Source: Azolla caroliniana
Lineage: Eukaryota > Plantae > Polypodiophyta
Length of the DNA: 64,000 nucleotides
Direction of reading: 5' to 3'
Assembly: GCA_043228905.1 (NCBI GenBank)
Contig: JBHGNT010000016.1
Coordinates: 5,642,001 to 5,706,000 of the forward strand
Shown here: positions 23,110 to 35,670 of the stretch, piece by piece
How positions within the stretch are numbered: position 1 is the stretch's first letter
Layout: every line of letters begins with the position of its first letter
Position numbers and translations under genes: made by a program
The notes under the pieces: generated by a model
Database searches by the model: none
Told to the model about the DNA's origin: nothing
What the model saw: only the letters and a program-made list of their open reading frames with translations

Positions 23110-25440
23110 AATACCTTAGCTTTTAGCATCAATCCGGTTCCAGGTAATTGGGCTTCCGAATACCCCATATCTTTATAACTCTTTCTTTCCGAATCCGTTT
23201 TTGTCAATCAACGGGTGATAAGCATCGTTTGTTGAGATCATTGTCAATCTCTTATTTCCAACAGATGTCCAATCAAGCTCTTGAAATCTCCCATCTAAAT
23301 CGAGAATTGGCTCATACGAAGTTAGTAATTCTTGTAGCTTGTTCCCAAAAAAATGGGTATAACCTTTTGGAATACGAAATGTTGATCTTGACATTCGCAA
23401 GGCCATTAATCTTCTTTGTGACACCAACATAGCATCCTTGACTGTTAGCAAACCCAATCTAGCCATCCGATTAAATTAAAGGTTAAGAATTTGTTTCCGA
23501 GGTTAATTCATGTCTTCTCTATGAAGTATGCCACCATTTCTGTCCAAGGTTGCATACCCTCAAACATAAATGGAATGAAAATGAATCAATGAGCCACTAT
23601 ATGCTCATATAAATTCAATATTAATGCCCCACCAAGATACTTCGAAGTGTAAACATGATCCCATGCTAACCACGACAAGACTCTTTACCCTTTTCTTTTC
23701 CATAACAACATTTGCATTGAGTGTGACACCGTGTCAAGAGCTTTCTTCGACCATGGTAGCAAAGGAAGATAATAAGACGCCTTAGAGACCATAATCAATT
23801 GGACCCCCTTAAGTCGTACATGAAAAGGCTAGAATTGAGACCTCCAATACATGAATTTATTCTCCAACCTTTTGGATACCCACTCAATAAGTTTCACATG
23901 AGAAACTTCCACCCCAATTAGATATCAAGGTGACAAAAAATCATACCACGATGTACTATCCTTCCTGACCACCCCAACCCTAACACATCTTGTTCTGTAC
24001 ATGAAATGAGGGCAAATTTATGCATATTAATTCTCAACCCTGAAGCATTTGAAAAACATTCCCACACATCTCTTGTCTTACTAATATTTTCCCGATTAGG
24101 TGCCAAAAACATGATATGGTCATTTGTGAGTGCTTGAACAATACATGGCTTCCTTGGATAGCAACCTATGTCCAAGAAATTCTTCCTCCATAGCCATATT
24201 GTGTAACATAACAAGAGTATGACGTGTCACAATAGTGAATAGTATAGGACTGATTGGGCATCCTTGTCTAATTGAACTTTGAATAGAAATAGGTTGTGTT
24301 ACTCCTCCATTAAACATCACATGTGAAACCGAACGCTTCTGTAATGTGTATACCAACTCAGACATACAATCACCAAAACCCATATGAGACATTAACTGAT
24401 TTATAAATGACCAATCCACATTGCCATAGGCTTTCGCGGTATACAATTGTAACAACACAAAATCTTGTTTAGACTCCTTTCCATAATCAATTGCCATATA
24501 TTATATAAAATGTCTCTTTTTGCTAAGAACCCATATTGAGCATTATGAATAAGAGAACGTAAAACCTTATGTAATCTATTGGCCGTCACTTTTGCAAAAA
24601 TCTTGTACATTCCCCCCCATCAATGAAATAGGCCTTCACAGAACAAAGGAAGACAGAGAAAGAACCTTTGACAAAAGCTTGATCAAACGGTAAACCAATC
24701 TTCAAAGAATGAGGCATTTCCCATGATGTTCACACCTTCTGAAATAAGACCGTAAAAGGCCCCTTTAACTTAATTATATATTTCTTAAAGAGTTCATTTG
24801 TTAATCCATCCCACCTATGACTTATCATTAACAATATGTGACATGATGTGTTTTTCCACCTCATCCTCTGAAATATCAACATCTAATGATTGTGCCACAT
24901 CATGTAATACATGCTTTTCCACTACATTAAAAAATACATCTCTATCATTTTTAACATTATCATCGATACATACTTGTACATCCAACAATTGTGTATAATA
25001 TTCTATGCATTTCTTCACAATTTTTTGAGGATTGAAACACATTATACCATTGTCCTCTAACCACACCACATTATGTCGTGCATGTGATTCATGAAGGTCA
25101 TGCAAAAACTTATGTGATTGGCAATTAACATCCTCTAGTTCTCATCTTAAACGATGTAGTCTAGCATGTTGATAATTTTTCGCCATAAGATCATGATCCT
25201 GCATCACAAAAATTAATACCTCTTGATATCTCATCAACACTACATCTGTTGGCCAATAAATTAACAATGAGTTACATTTATCAAGCAAATTAACTAGGAG
25301 ACTTAATCTTTCTCCCTCTAAAGGTATGGTGAATTCTATAATATCTAGTTATTTTCTGAACATTTGCAACAAATACTTCCCATGCTTCATACCCATCAAA
25401 TTGAACACGATAGGCAAATACATCAATCATTGGCACATAT
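23110..25440 (-). mobile_element. Degenerate L1/Tx1-clade LINE ORF2 (RT region), many stops and frameshifts
   Basis: Collinear fragments: KKCIEYYTQL, YKIFAKVTANRLHKVL..IHNAQYGFL, TAKAYGNVDWSF, SIRQGCPISPILF, ASGLRINMHK. Boundaries approximate. Confidence 0.85.
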
Positions 25441-25460
25441 AGGCATTAATCAATCAATAT

Positions 25461-25534
25461 GTCTAGATGGTGTAGTTGGTTATCATGCTAGTCTCACACA
25501 CTAGAAGTTTCCGGTTTGAGTTCGGCTTTGGACA
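25461..25534 (+). tRNA. trnV-CAC: tRNA-Val(CAC), probably a pseudogene
   Basis: GTCTAGATGGTGTAGTTGGTTATCATGCTAGTCTCACACACTAGAAGTTTCCGGTTTGAGTTCGGCTTTGGACA resembles plant nuclear tRNA-Val(CAC): intact anticodon arm CTAGT-CTCACAC-ACTAG, pairing acceptor stem, T-run terminator at ~25543-25549. The T-loop/B-box is mutated (GTTTGAG) and the T-stem has a mismatch. Confidence 0.8.
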
Positions 25535-25640
25535 TTGCATTATTTTTTTATTTCAATGATTGGGTAAACACCCCATTTTGTTGTAAACCAATTGTCTCAT
25601 GGGCCAATTTTGGTCTTAGAAGACGTTAATATATATTTCT

Positions 25641-25644
<4 letters not shown>

Positions 25645-25678
<34 letters not shown>
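25645..25678. repeat. (CT)n microsatellite
   Basis: Perfect dinucleotide run directly preceding the LINE fragment. Confidence 0.95.
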
Positions 25679-25679
<1 letters not shown>

Positions 25680-25680
<1 letters not shown>

Positions 25681-26850
25681 GGGAATGTAGTCGTTATGTT
25701 TTTGTTATATGTGGATGATGTAGTGCTTTTTGCAAATACTTTAGGAGATGCACAAAAGCTTATGAAGGCATTGGAAATTTTTTGCATATATACTAAATCA
25801 AGTGTCAACAACTCTAAAACAAAGATTTTGCTTGTGAATAACTAAAAAAAAAGGTAAACCATACATTATGTATTGTAATGAACCACTTGATTGCGTGGAA
25901 AGCTTCATCTTGAAGTTCCTTCAAATCATAGATGGAATGAATGTGCTACACGTCACTTAAAGGCTGGAAAGGAAACATATTATGCATTTGAGAACACATG
26001 CAATCATGGAGATATTAAGTGTTGGGTCATCAAGAAATAACTTTTTGACACATTGGTGACATCGATGCTTCTCTATGGAGTGGACGTAATCTACTCCTTG
26101 AGATGGGATCACTTCCCATTGAGATCATGGCCATGGAAAGGGTTGTTGAATATCATGCGTAAGGTTCAAAAAAGTTCCTTATATCGACTTCATCGAATTG
26201 CATGGGAAGTTGGTTAAAAAGATCCAATAGACGCATAAAAGCAAAAAAAATTGTTCGCATTGGGTGCAATATATGGAAAAATGGTTTAGTAGATGAAACA
26301 AACTTGCTTCATGATGTAACACTAGATTCCTCTGTAAATGAGGCCTTTTTGCAACGTCAATGTATCTTGACATGGGATAAATGTGGAGGCTCACGCTTCA
26401 CACATTATATTGCGCATGTTGCACCTAACTGCAAAACCATATTCTTCATAGAATAGGGAAACCATACACATCGATACATATTAGAGCCCATCATGCAACT
26501 TAGCTCTCATGCATTGCGATGTGAGCCGGGGAGTTGAGGCACAAGTGATGAGAGTGGTTGACTATGCACACTTTTGCCCTAAACAAGTTCGAGAGTTTGA
26601 GTATCACACTTTGATACAATGTTTTGCCTTTGATCATATTCGACCATGTTTTCCACACATCTTCAATCAAGCCCAATCGTTGCACGAATATCTCTCACAA
26701 TACCATGATGTGCACCCCTGATTGGAACATTCATTGGTAAAGTTCTTGAACATCGCGAGTTACTACTCACTTTCACATGTATCATGTGAAATGTAATATT
26801 TTTGGTCTCATAAATCATATATTTGACCTCCGAAGACGATAATGGAATCT
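25680..26850 (+). mobile_element. Degenerate 5'-truncated RTE/RTE-X-like LINE (RT 3' half to CCHC)
   Basis: Reads NVVVMFLLYVDDVVLFANTLGDAQKLMKALEIFC..SVNNSKTKIL (RT YxDD), LFDTLVTSMLLYGV, LSSHALRC.., and FCPKQVREFEYHTLIQCFAFDHIR (CCHC), with stops and frameshifts. Confidence 0.8.
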
Positions 26851-27830
26851 ATCTATACAATATGTATACATAGATATTTTGATCTTTTAGCTCCTCCCAT
26901 GGATTAGTTAGCTTTTATTGAGATCTGTGTCTCTATATGTATATTGTGTGTGTATTGTAGCTTTTCTGATCTTCTACATGGAGAATCAGTAGTTTAAGTG
27001 AACGAAACAAAGATTTCAAGAAGCAATTGCATGACAACATGAATTTGCACACAAAACTGTCAGGAGATGAGGTAATGGCTTCTCATTCTAAGACATCAAA
27101 ACCATGAGTAGCCCAGCTTTTGATTAACATTACCATCGCCTAACCATTTGGAAGCTTCTTCCTTTGCAAGTCTTTTGTTGTTTCTGTTTCTGTGGGTTCT
27201 TGCTTTTCTACATGATTGTGTAGGGTTTGGTTTATGGGTTCTTGTTCGTCTACATGATTGTTCAACATCTTCTTTTCTATGTAAAGAACAGATGAGCTAA
27301 ATTGAATCTCATCATAAGCATCCAAATGAAAGTCTTTTGAACACGTAGCTTCCTTTTGCTGGTTTTTGCAATGATGGATCTGTATATGGGTACTTGTTCT
27401 TCTCCATGAGAAGAACAGATGAACTAAATAGATTCTCATTCTAATCATACAAATGAAGGTCTTTTGAGCTGGTATCTTCCTTTTGCAGAGTTCGGTTGAG
27501 ATGTATACATATTTGGCTAAACATTATTGTACATGAATTGAGAAAATAAAGCAATGGGATGCCCCCACTATGAACAAATCAAATGAACAAGACATGGTCA
27601 ATGCATTGCTTTAGCCTGCATTTCTAACTCCACCAAAGCCCAACCTTGGAGTATGAATGGTTTTTATATGGGTACTTGTTCTTCTGCACGAAAATACAAG
27701 ATATAGGGTGACAAGTCCAAGGTACAATGCATTCTTTGAGCACACTTTCCAAGCGCAAAGACTTCTTCATTTTGCATGGATTTCGTAGATGGGTGCTTCC
27801 TCTTCTCCATGAAAATAGGAACTGAATGTA

Positions 27831-30800
27831 ATGGTTCTCATCCTTAAGAATCAAATGGATGTCAGTGCATTGTTTGATCATGTACATCCAACCCCATTCT
27901 ATCTCAACATTGGGGATGAGCCTCCCCCAAGATATATGTATGCTCAAAACTGGAAAATCAGATCAAATCGTCGAGTTAATGTAAGTTTGTATAATAGTGG
28001 AACTGATCAGAGAACTGCAAGCCTTGAGGAAGCATTGTGGGCTTTTGATCAAGGATCTGGTCTCATATCAGTTAAAGACCTTACATGTATTTTTCAAAAG
28101 TGCAAAAACATGAAATGTTCAACATGCAGTGACCGTGCATTTATGCTTGTGTGTGGTAATGGTCTCGATGCATATGGTCTTTTAGGGAACTATATTGTCC
28201 CTATGTTTGTTGAATGTGATAATTTGCCTAAGGCTCGACAAGTTCTTTGGAGATTGATTGATCGGGATGAGTATTCATGGACTTCTCTGATAAAAGGATA
28301 TATAGATTCTGGTGACTTCTACTATGGCCTTGATCTGTATAAATCGATGCAAGAAGACCTTGTTGATGCTAGCGGTTTTACATTCGTGGCTCTACTCAAA
28401 GCTTGTGCTCAGCTAAGATTGTTTGATGTGGGTCTAAAGTTTCATATAATGATAATTGAGGAAGAGTATGAAAAAGATCCTTTCATTGGAAATAGTCTAA
28501 TCTATATGTATGCCAAGTGTGGCTTGTTTGCGGAAGCACAACACATGTTTTATCAAATAATTGATCGGGATGTAGTTTCTTGGAATGCACTGATTGCTGG
28601 ATATCCTGATCCATTCCTTTTTAGTGTAGAAACTAGCTTCTTAGATCAAATGCTTCTTGAGGAAGTCTGTCCCAACGCCATCACTTATGCTTGCAGTTTA
28701 AAGGCTTGTGGGGATGTCAATGCAGTAGAAAGGGGACGAGAAATCCATATACATGCCGCAAAAACTGGATTTGAAGGAGATCCTTACGTTGGTAACACAT
28801 TGGTTGATGTGTATTGCAAGTGCAATTTACTTGAAGAAGCCTGCAAAGTGTTTAATGACCTTCCAACTCAAAATACTGTCTCTTGGAATGCATTGATTGT
28901 TGGGTATGTTGAGAATGGGAACAACAAAGAAGCATTGCATTGCTTCCAAGAGATGCATCTCAATGGTGTGCTACGTGATACCATCACATTTGTTTTTGTT
29001 TTGAAAGCATGTAGTAACATAGGAATCATGACCATTAACCTAGAAATGCATTCTATAATTGTCAAAGAGGGACATGAGAAAGACTCATTTGTTGCAAATG
29101 GACTTGTTGATATGTATGCTAAACATGGGTTGTTTGAAGAATCATTGCTAATCATTGTGAAGCTTCCAACCAATGATGCAATTCCATGGAATGCCTTGAT
29201 ATCAGGATACATTGACCATGGCCTTGATCAAGAGGCACTCAAATGCATAGAAGAGATGCAGATAAGAGATATCCCACAAGATGTAGCAACCTTCATTTAC
29301 GGACTAAAAGCTTGTGGAAACCTAGGATTCATAGACAGGGGTCTTGAACTACATACTTGGATAAGTAAACTCAAACTTGAAACTGATATTCTCATTGGTA
29401 ATGCTTTGTTGGCCATGTATGTTAAATGGGGCTCAACCTCAGAAGCAGAACAACTGTTTGATGTACTGCCCATTCAAGATGTTGTCTCATGGAATACACT
29501 GATTGCAGGGTATTCTGAACATGGTCAGAGTGAGAAAGCGATAGCAATCTTTGAAAAGATGGAGCAGAGGGGTGTGGTATCTGATGCTTTCTCATATGTT
29601 AGCGTTCTGAAAGCTTGTGGCAACCTTTGTGCTAAAGGTAAGGGACAGGAAATTCACATTGAGATTATGAAAAAGGAAGCAGAGAATTATGTGATTGGAA
29701 TCAGTTTGATAGAAATGTATGCAAAGTGTGGTTCACTTACAGAAGCACAAGAAACATTTAACCGCCTGGATACTCAAGACTGTGCTGCATGGACGGCATT
29801 GATTAATGGGTATATTGAAAATGGATTCTTTGAGGAAGTTACTGATTGTGTAGAAGAAATGCAATTAAGAGGAGTGTCTCCTAATGCAACAATAGTTGGT
29901 CTTAGCTTCAAAGCTTGTGGATTCTTAAGGAACATAAAGAGAATTCAACAACTATATGCAGATGCTGCTAAACAAGGACTTGAAAACGAATCGTTTGTTC
30001 TTAATATGCTTATAGGTTCCCTTGTGAAGTGTGGTTTGAGGTTTGAAGCAATAAAAATCTTTGAACATTTACCTGTCTACAATGTGCTTTCATGGAATAT
30101 CATGCTTTCAGCATATGCTGATCATGGGTTTGATGAAGAGCTTCCAGTGCTTAATGATAGAATGAAACTGCAAGGCATATTACCAAATGCAATAACGTTT
30201 GTTTACTGTTTGAAAGGCTGCGCCCATACAGGAGACATTGATAAAGGACAGGAAGTGCATGACCAATTAGTTCAACTGGGTATTGAGAAAGATCCTTTCA
30301 TCGGCACTAGTCTTATTTATATGTATGCAAAATGTGGATTCCTTTCTGAATCACAGGAAGTCTTTGATAAACTTCCTGTTCAAGATGTGGTAACATGGAA
30401 TGCTCTTATTGCAGGTTACATAGACAATGGATTATCTGAAAAAGCACTGATTTGGCTGGATAAAATGCAAGAAAACTTTCTACCTTTTGATGCCATCACT
30501 TGTGTTTCTTGGTTGTGCATATGTGTTGACGAGAAAGACATACAAAATGGTCATGAAATCTATGGAGAGGTTATCAAGAAAGGGTTTGAAAATGAGATAC
30601 TTGTCACGAATGCTCTATTGAATATGTATGTTAAATGTGGTTCATTTGTAGAAGCCAGGCATGTGTTTGATGGATTATCTATACGATGCAACTCATCATG
30701 GAATGCACTGATTTGTGGGTATGCAGAGTATGGACTTAACAATGAACTATTTGAATGTTTGGAATTGATGCAAGTTGAGGGTTTTCCCCTGAATGATACT

Positions 30801-32177
30801 ACATATGTTTGTAGCTTGAAAGCTTGTTCAGAGCTAGGTGAAATAGAAATAGGGAAGAAATTACATGTAGGAATTGCCAAAAGTGGATTTGATGCATTTC
30901 TTCATGTGGGCAATACTCTGATCCACATGTATGCAAAATGCCACTCATTTGTTGAAGCATGGAGAGTATTGGAGAGTTTATCAAGTAGAGATGTAGTGTC
31001 ATGGAATGCAATGCTTATAGGGTATGTTGAACAAGGTCTTTATAATGAAGCTTTGGGATGTTTGCAATACATGCAGCTAGATGATGTGTTACCAAATGTT
31101 GTCACATATATTTGCACCTTGAAGCTGTGTGTTGGGGTAGGATCTTTGATGAATGGCATAGATGTCCATCTTAATGTTTGTAAAACTGGCCTTGACAAAG
31201 ATCTCATTGTTGGAACTGCTTTAGTGGACATGTATGCTAAGCTTGGCTTACTTAAGGAAGCACAAAGGGTTTTTGATCGTCTATATGTTCGAGATATAGT
31301 CTCATGGAATTCTCTCATTGCAGGATATTCTGAATATGGGTTCAAACTTCAAGCATTAAGTTGTTTGGAACATATGGAAATGGAAGGTGTGTCTCCAAAT
31401 ACATTATCATGGAATACTATTATTTTACGTCTCATCAACCATGGTGAATCTCAGAAGGGGCTCTTCTTGTATGCCCAAATGCAAGAGAGAGGGCTATTAC
31501 CAGATTCTCCAATCTTTACCAGCCTTTTAAAAGCTTGTGGGAATGATGCAGCCTTGGAATCCGGAAGAAAATTTCACTCTCAAATCAACAAACTTGGTCT
31601 AGACTTAATTGAACCATGTGTGTCCACAGCTCTTGTTAACATGTATGCAAAATGTGGCTGCATGAACAATGCGAAACATATATTCGATATGATCCCATTG
31701 AAAGATCTCCACAAATGGACCACTTTGATAATGGGATATGCTCGTCACGGCGATTGTGGTATTGCAGTCCATTTATTTGAAAGAATGATTGATGAAGGAA
31801 TACATCCAAATGAGGTTACATTCCTCAATATAATCTCTCTATGTACTCACGCAGGTCTTGTAGATAAAGGCCTGATTTATTTTGATGCTATGCAAAATGG
31901 CTATGGAATACTCCCAAGTACTAAGCATCTTAATTGTGTGGTTGATCTTCTAAGTCGAGCAGGGCATATTGAGGAAGCTTTTTTTATGGTCGAGAACATG
32001 CATTCTCTAGCAAATATTGTTACATGGACTATTCTTTTGGCTGCTTGTAAAAAATGGGCATGTCTGGAGTATTGGAGGCCTAGATTTGAACTCATTAAAG
32101 TACAGGATGAATGGCACATAACATCATGTGCATCAGTATCTGACATTACAATAACAGAAGGTTACATTGACATTTAG
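27831..32177 (+). CDS. Intronless PLS-class pentatricopeptide repeat protein, E-subclass, no DYW (1448 aa)
   Basis: Single ORF with 13 P-type motifs (e.g. VVSWNALIAGY) mostly alternating with L (TF..LKAC) and S (GN.L..MYAKCG) motifs. Terminal P2-L2-S2 (KHLNCVVDLLSRAGHIEEA) and E1 (VTWTILLAACKKW). The true start codon may be a downstream ATG. Confidence 0.95.
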   Translation: MVLILKNQMDVSALFDHVHPTPFYLNIGDEPPPRYMYAQNWKIRSNRRVNVSLYNSGTDQRTASLEEALWAFDQGSGLISVKDLTCIFQKCKNMKCSTCSDRAFMLVCGNGLDAYGLLGNYIVPMFVECDNLPKARQVLWRLIDRDEYSWTSLIKGYIDSGDFYYGLDLYKSMQEDLVDASGFTFVALLKACAQLRLFDVGLKFHIMIIEEEYEKDPFIGNSLIYMYAKCGLFAEAQHMFYQIIDRDVVSWNALIAGYPDPFLFSVETSFLDQMLLEEVCPNAITYACSLKACGDVNAVERGREIHIHAAKTGFEGDPYVGNTLVDVYCKCNLLEEACKVFNDLPTQNTVSWNALIVGYVENGNNKEALHCFQEMHLNGVLRDTITFVFVLKACSNIGIMTINLEMHSIIVKEGHEKDSFVANGLVDMYAKHGLFEESLLIIVKLPTNDAIPWNALISGYIDHGLDQEALKCIEEMQIRDIPQDVATFIYGLKACGNLGFIDRGLELHTWISKLKLETDILIGNALLAMYVKWGSTSEAEQLFDVLPIQDVVSWNTLIAGYSEHGQSEKAIAIFEKMEQRGVVSDAFSYVSVLKACGNLCAKGKGQEIHIEIMKKEAENYVIGISLIEMYAKCGSLTEAQETFNRLDTQDCAAWTALINGYIENGFFEEVTDCVEEMQLRGVSPNATIVGLSFKACGFLRNIKRIQQLYADAAKQGLENESFVLNMLIGSLVKCGLRFEAIKIFEHLPVYNVLSWNIMLSAYADHGFDEELPVLNDRMKLQGILPNAITFVYCLKGCAHTGDIDKGQEVHDQLVQLGIEKDPFIGTSLIYMYAKCGFLSESQEVFDKLPVQDVVTWNALIAGYIDNGLSEKALIWLDKMQENFLPFDAITCVSWLCICVDEKDIQNGHEIYGEVIKKGFENEILVTNALLNMYVKCGSFVEARHVFDGLSIRCNSSWNALICGYAEYGLNNELFECLELMQVEGFPLNDTTYVCSLKACSELGEIEIGKKLHVGIAKSGFDAFLHVGNTLIHMYAKCHSFVEAWRVLESLSSRDVVSWNAMLIGYVEQGLYNEALGCLQYMQLDDVLPNVVTYICTLKLCVGVGSLMNGIDVHLNVCKTGLDKDLIVGTALVDMYAKLGLLKEAQRVFDRLYVRDIVSWNSLIAGYSEYGFKLQALSCLEHMEMEGVSPNTLSWNTIILRLINHGESQKGLFLYAQMQERGLLPDSPIFTSLLKACGNDAALESGRKFHSQINKLGLDLIEPCVSTALVNMYAKCGCMNNAKHIFDMIPLKDLHKWTTLIMGYARHGDCGIAVHLFERMIDEGIHPNEVTFLNIISLCTHAGLVDKGLIYFDAMQNGYGILPSTKHLNCVVDLLSRAGHIEEAFFMVENMHSLANIVTWTILLAACKKWACLEYWRPRFELIKVQDEWHITSCASVSDITITEGYIDI

Positions 32178-32964
32178 CGCTCTATCACATCTCTCTCTCT
32201 CTCTTTCTTTGAATACATTGTATTAATTTTCTTTATTAGTTATCAGGTCAAGGAGTAGTCATGGACCATGGTATACTTGTTCAATGTGGCACAAAAACCA
32301 GTAATGAACTAAAGATACCGCAATCAATAGTGATAAGTTAACAGAAAACACTTAGTTCCCCATGGAGATGTTCAATGTGTTATCGATATGGCAACCAACT
32401 ACACAATTGGACCTTGACGTAAACCTTCTAAAGATGAGCTGCCAATAGTTAACAAAATATATAAGTAGGTGTCATCAAAGCTAAAGTCATTAGATATTGG
32501 GAAGCTCACAAATTTGATGTTTGTATGATACGTCTGCCACATAAGAGTTTACATATACAAAGATGGAAACCTTCTAAAGGCGAGCTGCTAATAGTTAATG
32601 AAATATATAAGTAGGTTTGATCAAAGTTAAACAAATTCGGTGTTTATATGAAGGATATTGACACCAACATTTGCCTCTCTCCATATATCCACAACAACAA
32701 ATTTAATAAATGATGGAACCAATAAAAAAAGGTGGTGGTTTAGTATGAACAACATTGATGGATAAGCAAGTAAAAGTAATAACCACACTGGACTTCAAAT
32801 CAAATATGTTGGATGCGCATAATTGGTACAAAAAATATATAACAGCTAGGTATGCGTTGGAAACCGTATCTAGATATTGGGATTGTTGGTTTGCATAAAT
32901 TTGTCTATTATGGAAGGTTCTTCATACACATGGTTCTCCATCGAAAAGATAATTACAACCATGA

Positions 32965-33233
32965 AACTATGCCACAAGTTATGCAATGGATTTTGTATAG
33001 ATCTCTCTTTGGAATGATGTTTCCTTCAAGTTAGTGATATGCTTTTAGTGATATGCTTCTTACACCCACAGAACTATGCCACGAGTTATGCAATGGAATT
33101 TGTATAAATGTTTGTTTGGAATGATGTTTCCTTCAAGTTAGTGATATGCTTCTTACACCCATGGAACTATGCCACTCGTTATGCAATGGATGTCTGTTTG
33201 GAATGATGTTTCCATCCTTCAAGTTAGTGATGC
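32965..33233. repeat. Three tandem ~95-105-bp units
   Basis: aactatgccac..gttatgcaatgga...tttggaatgatgtttcc.tcaagttagtgat at ~32965, ~33072 and ~33165. Confidence 0.9.
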
Positions 33234-34471
33234 TACCTATGAAGAGCATAACCCTAACTATCTCGTGGTAGTTTGTACCATAGTTACTACACACGAGGAA
33301 AACGATGGTACAAACTACCACAGGATAAGTTATGGTTATGCCCTTAACTGGTAGCATACCCATAAAACCATGCCACAAGCAAGTGGTAGGTGTTCATAAC
33401 CTTCTCCTTAAAATGACGGTCTCCATCACCTTAGTGACAACATTCAATAATAGTGTTACTTTGGATACAAGCACCGATGGTACTTGGGTCTGTTTTTGGC
33501 ATGAACTCAAGAAACAAGAAGTTGTCGGACAGAAATACAACCGCACAACTCAAGCTCATTATCAACAAAGAAGAATCAGAACTTCCCTTTTATCCCAAGC
33601 CATGCCGACTCATGTTACAAGTCATGCTGCTATACAAAGTCAATGAAGGACACCTACTCATGCTACCAGTCATACTAAGTCAATCAAGGGTGACTGCCAC
33701 AAGAGGGCTATTGGACCATGTTTCTTCCATGTTAGTGATGCAACATTCCATAATCATGTAACGTTACATACATTTCTGTGTCCAAATGTACCTACACTAT
33801 CTACCACATTAAGGAACCTTATCACAATTGCATCAAGCAATATTTATTTGCAAATGTATAAGCAAAGTGCGATGTGAATAAACTGAATTAGCTCCTTGAC
33901 AGCATCCAATCCATGTAGTTAACACCATTATATCTCTCTAAAAACACTATATGTACATATAATCACATATTGTATCATCACATGGCATAAAAAAACTAGC
34001 TATAAGTCAATTCTCTGTCATGAGTGTTTATTATCATAAACATCCAATAAAGAAACTCGGAGGCTGAATGCATCAACCCGAAAACTGCAGAAATACAGAA
34101 ATCTATGAAACGAAGTTCATCCAGATGCGCAATGAGATGTCTTGCACATACTGCACTCATCTGCTTGGTGGAAAATAACAACAAGGTCATCTTTATAGTA
34201 GCTAACTATATGCATCACCTCCCACACATCCACTACTGTTAGAAATCTCTCTTGCCATGTTGAAAAAGAAAGAACGGTGAATACCTCAGCCTTCTATAAT
34301 GTGTTTCCCTCATCATCTTGTCAGTACTTACAGCTCACATGATTTCTTTACTCTCGGTCATGTCAATGACCCACTCGCATAGTTAGATTATCTGGCATTT
34401 TTGCAAGACCAGATAGAGATAGTGACAGAGGAATTTGGCTCTCCTCTTCTCCATATTGTCTAGAGAACTTG

Positions 34472-35626
34472 TTAAGAACTTAACAGAAGTTCCCAAAACA
34501 GGCTGTCATCTACCTCAGTACTATCGACACAATGTTCACAGTTGGGCGATTGGACCGTGTCTGCTATCTCTAGCTTAATATCTCCACAATTATTTGCCTT
34601 CTCTACTTCACATACTTCTCGAATTGGTATTACTTCACTTATATCCCCTGATTCTTTAATATTTGGAGCTTTAGTACCATCATCTAGCAGTTTGATATTT
34701 GTTTCCTTAAGAGGTACTTCCACTTCTACATTCACGTAACTAGGAGTATCTGCTGATTTCACTATGTATAAAGCTTTTGTTCCGTAACTGAGCCATTTAA
34801 AAGTTCTTTCCTTCAAAAGAATTTCCATTTCCAAATTCAGACCAGCGGGACAAATATCGTCAATTGTTCCTTCCGAATCTGTTTCCACTGCATCAATATA
34901 AGAGGAAATCCCAAACTCATCATCACCAAATATTTCACTACTCAGAAGCCATTGTTCCTTCATGATGTATTCTAGCTCCTTTCTTGAGTAATTTTGCTCC
35001 ATGACCTTGGCCACAAATGCTTCTGTATTCTGCGTATTATCTCCCAGAAAGCTCAAAATCTGACAGTCTCCAACCATTGGTTGAAACCTCTTTGAAAAGA
35101 GAACAATCTCTTTCCAAGTATATTGATCTTTCTGTATAAGCATGAACAACTCAGATATTAAGAGCGACTCGGCTCTCGTATGGCCACAGCTCTGACTCAT
35201 TGTAAGGCATCTGCAACGGCCATAAAAACAAGAATGTGCTGGTGATATTTGCCTTCGAAAATTTCCTACAATGTGCTTCTGCCCATTCACGAATACCTCA
35301 TTACAGAATTTGTAGTTATTAGGATCCTTATGTTCAAAATCCTGCATATTCAGAGGGATGTTTCCACAATTCTAATCAGCATAGGTGTCTTGAACCATGA
35401 GTTCAAAACACGAGTTGGGTACGATGCAGCAAATCCTCGGGTATTCTTTCACCTATGCAAAGAGCTTTATCATCGAAATAAGACATTATGTAAGAAACAC
35501 AAGACATCAACAAAAGGCAAACACACTCACTGAGGTAGGTAAGCCTAAGTTCAACTGACAGAGATCATATGAAATCCATGCACATAGAAACGTAATGATA
35601 AGGAGACCATAATGTTGCATAGCTAC

Positions 35627-35670
<44 letters not shown>

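Noticed and set aside
28868-32146. Several minus-strand ORFs within the PPR gene
   Set aside because: Antisense shadows of a long coding region.
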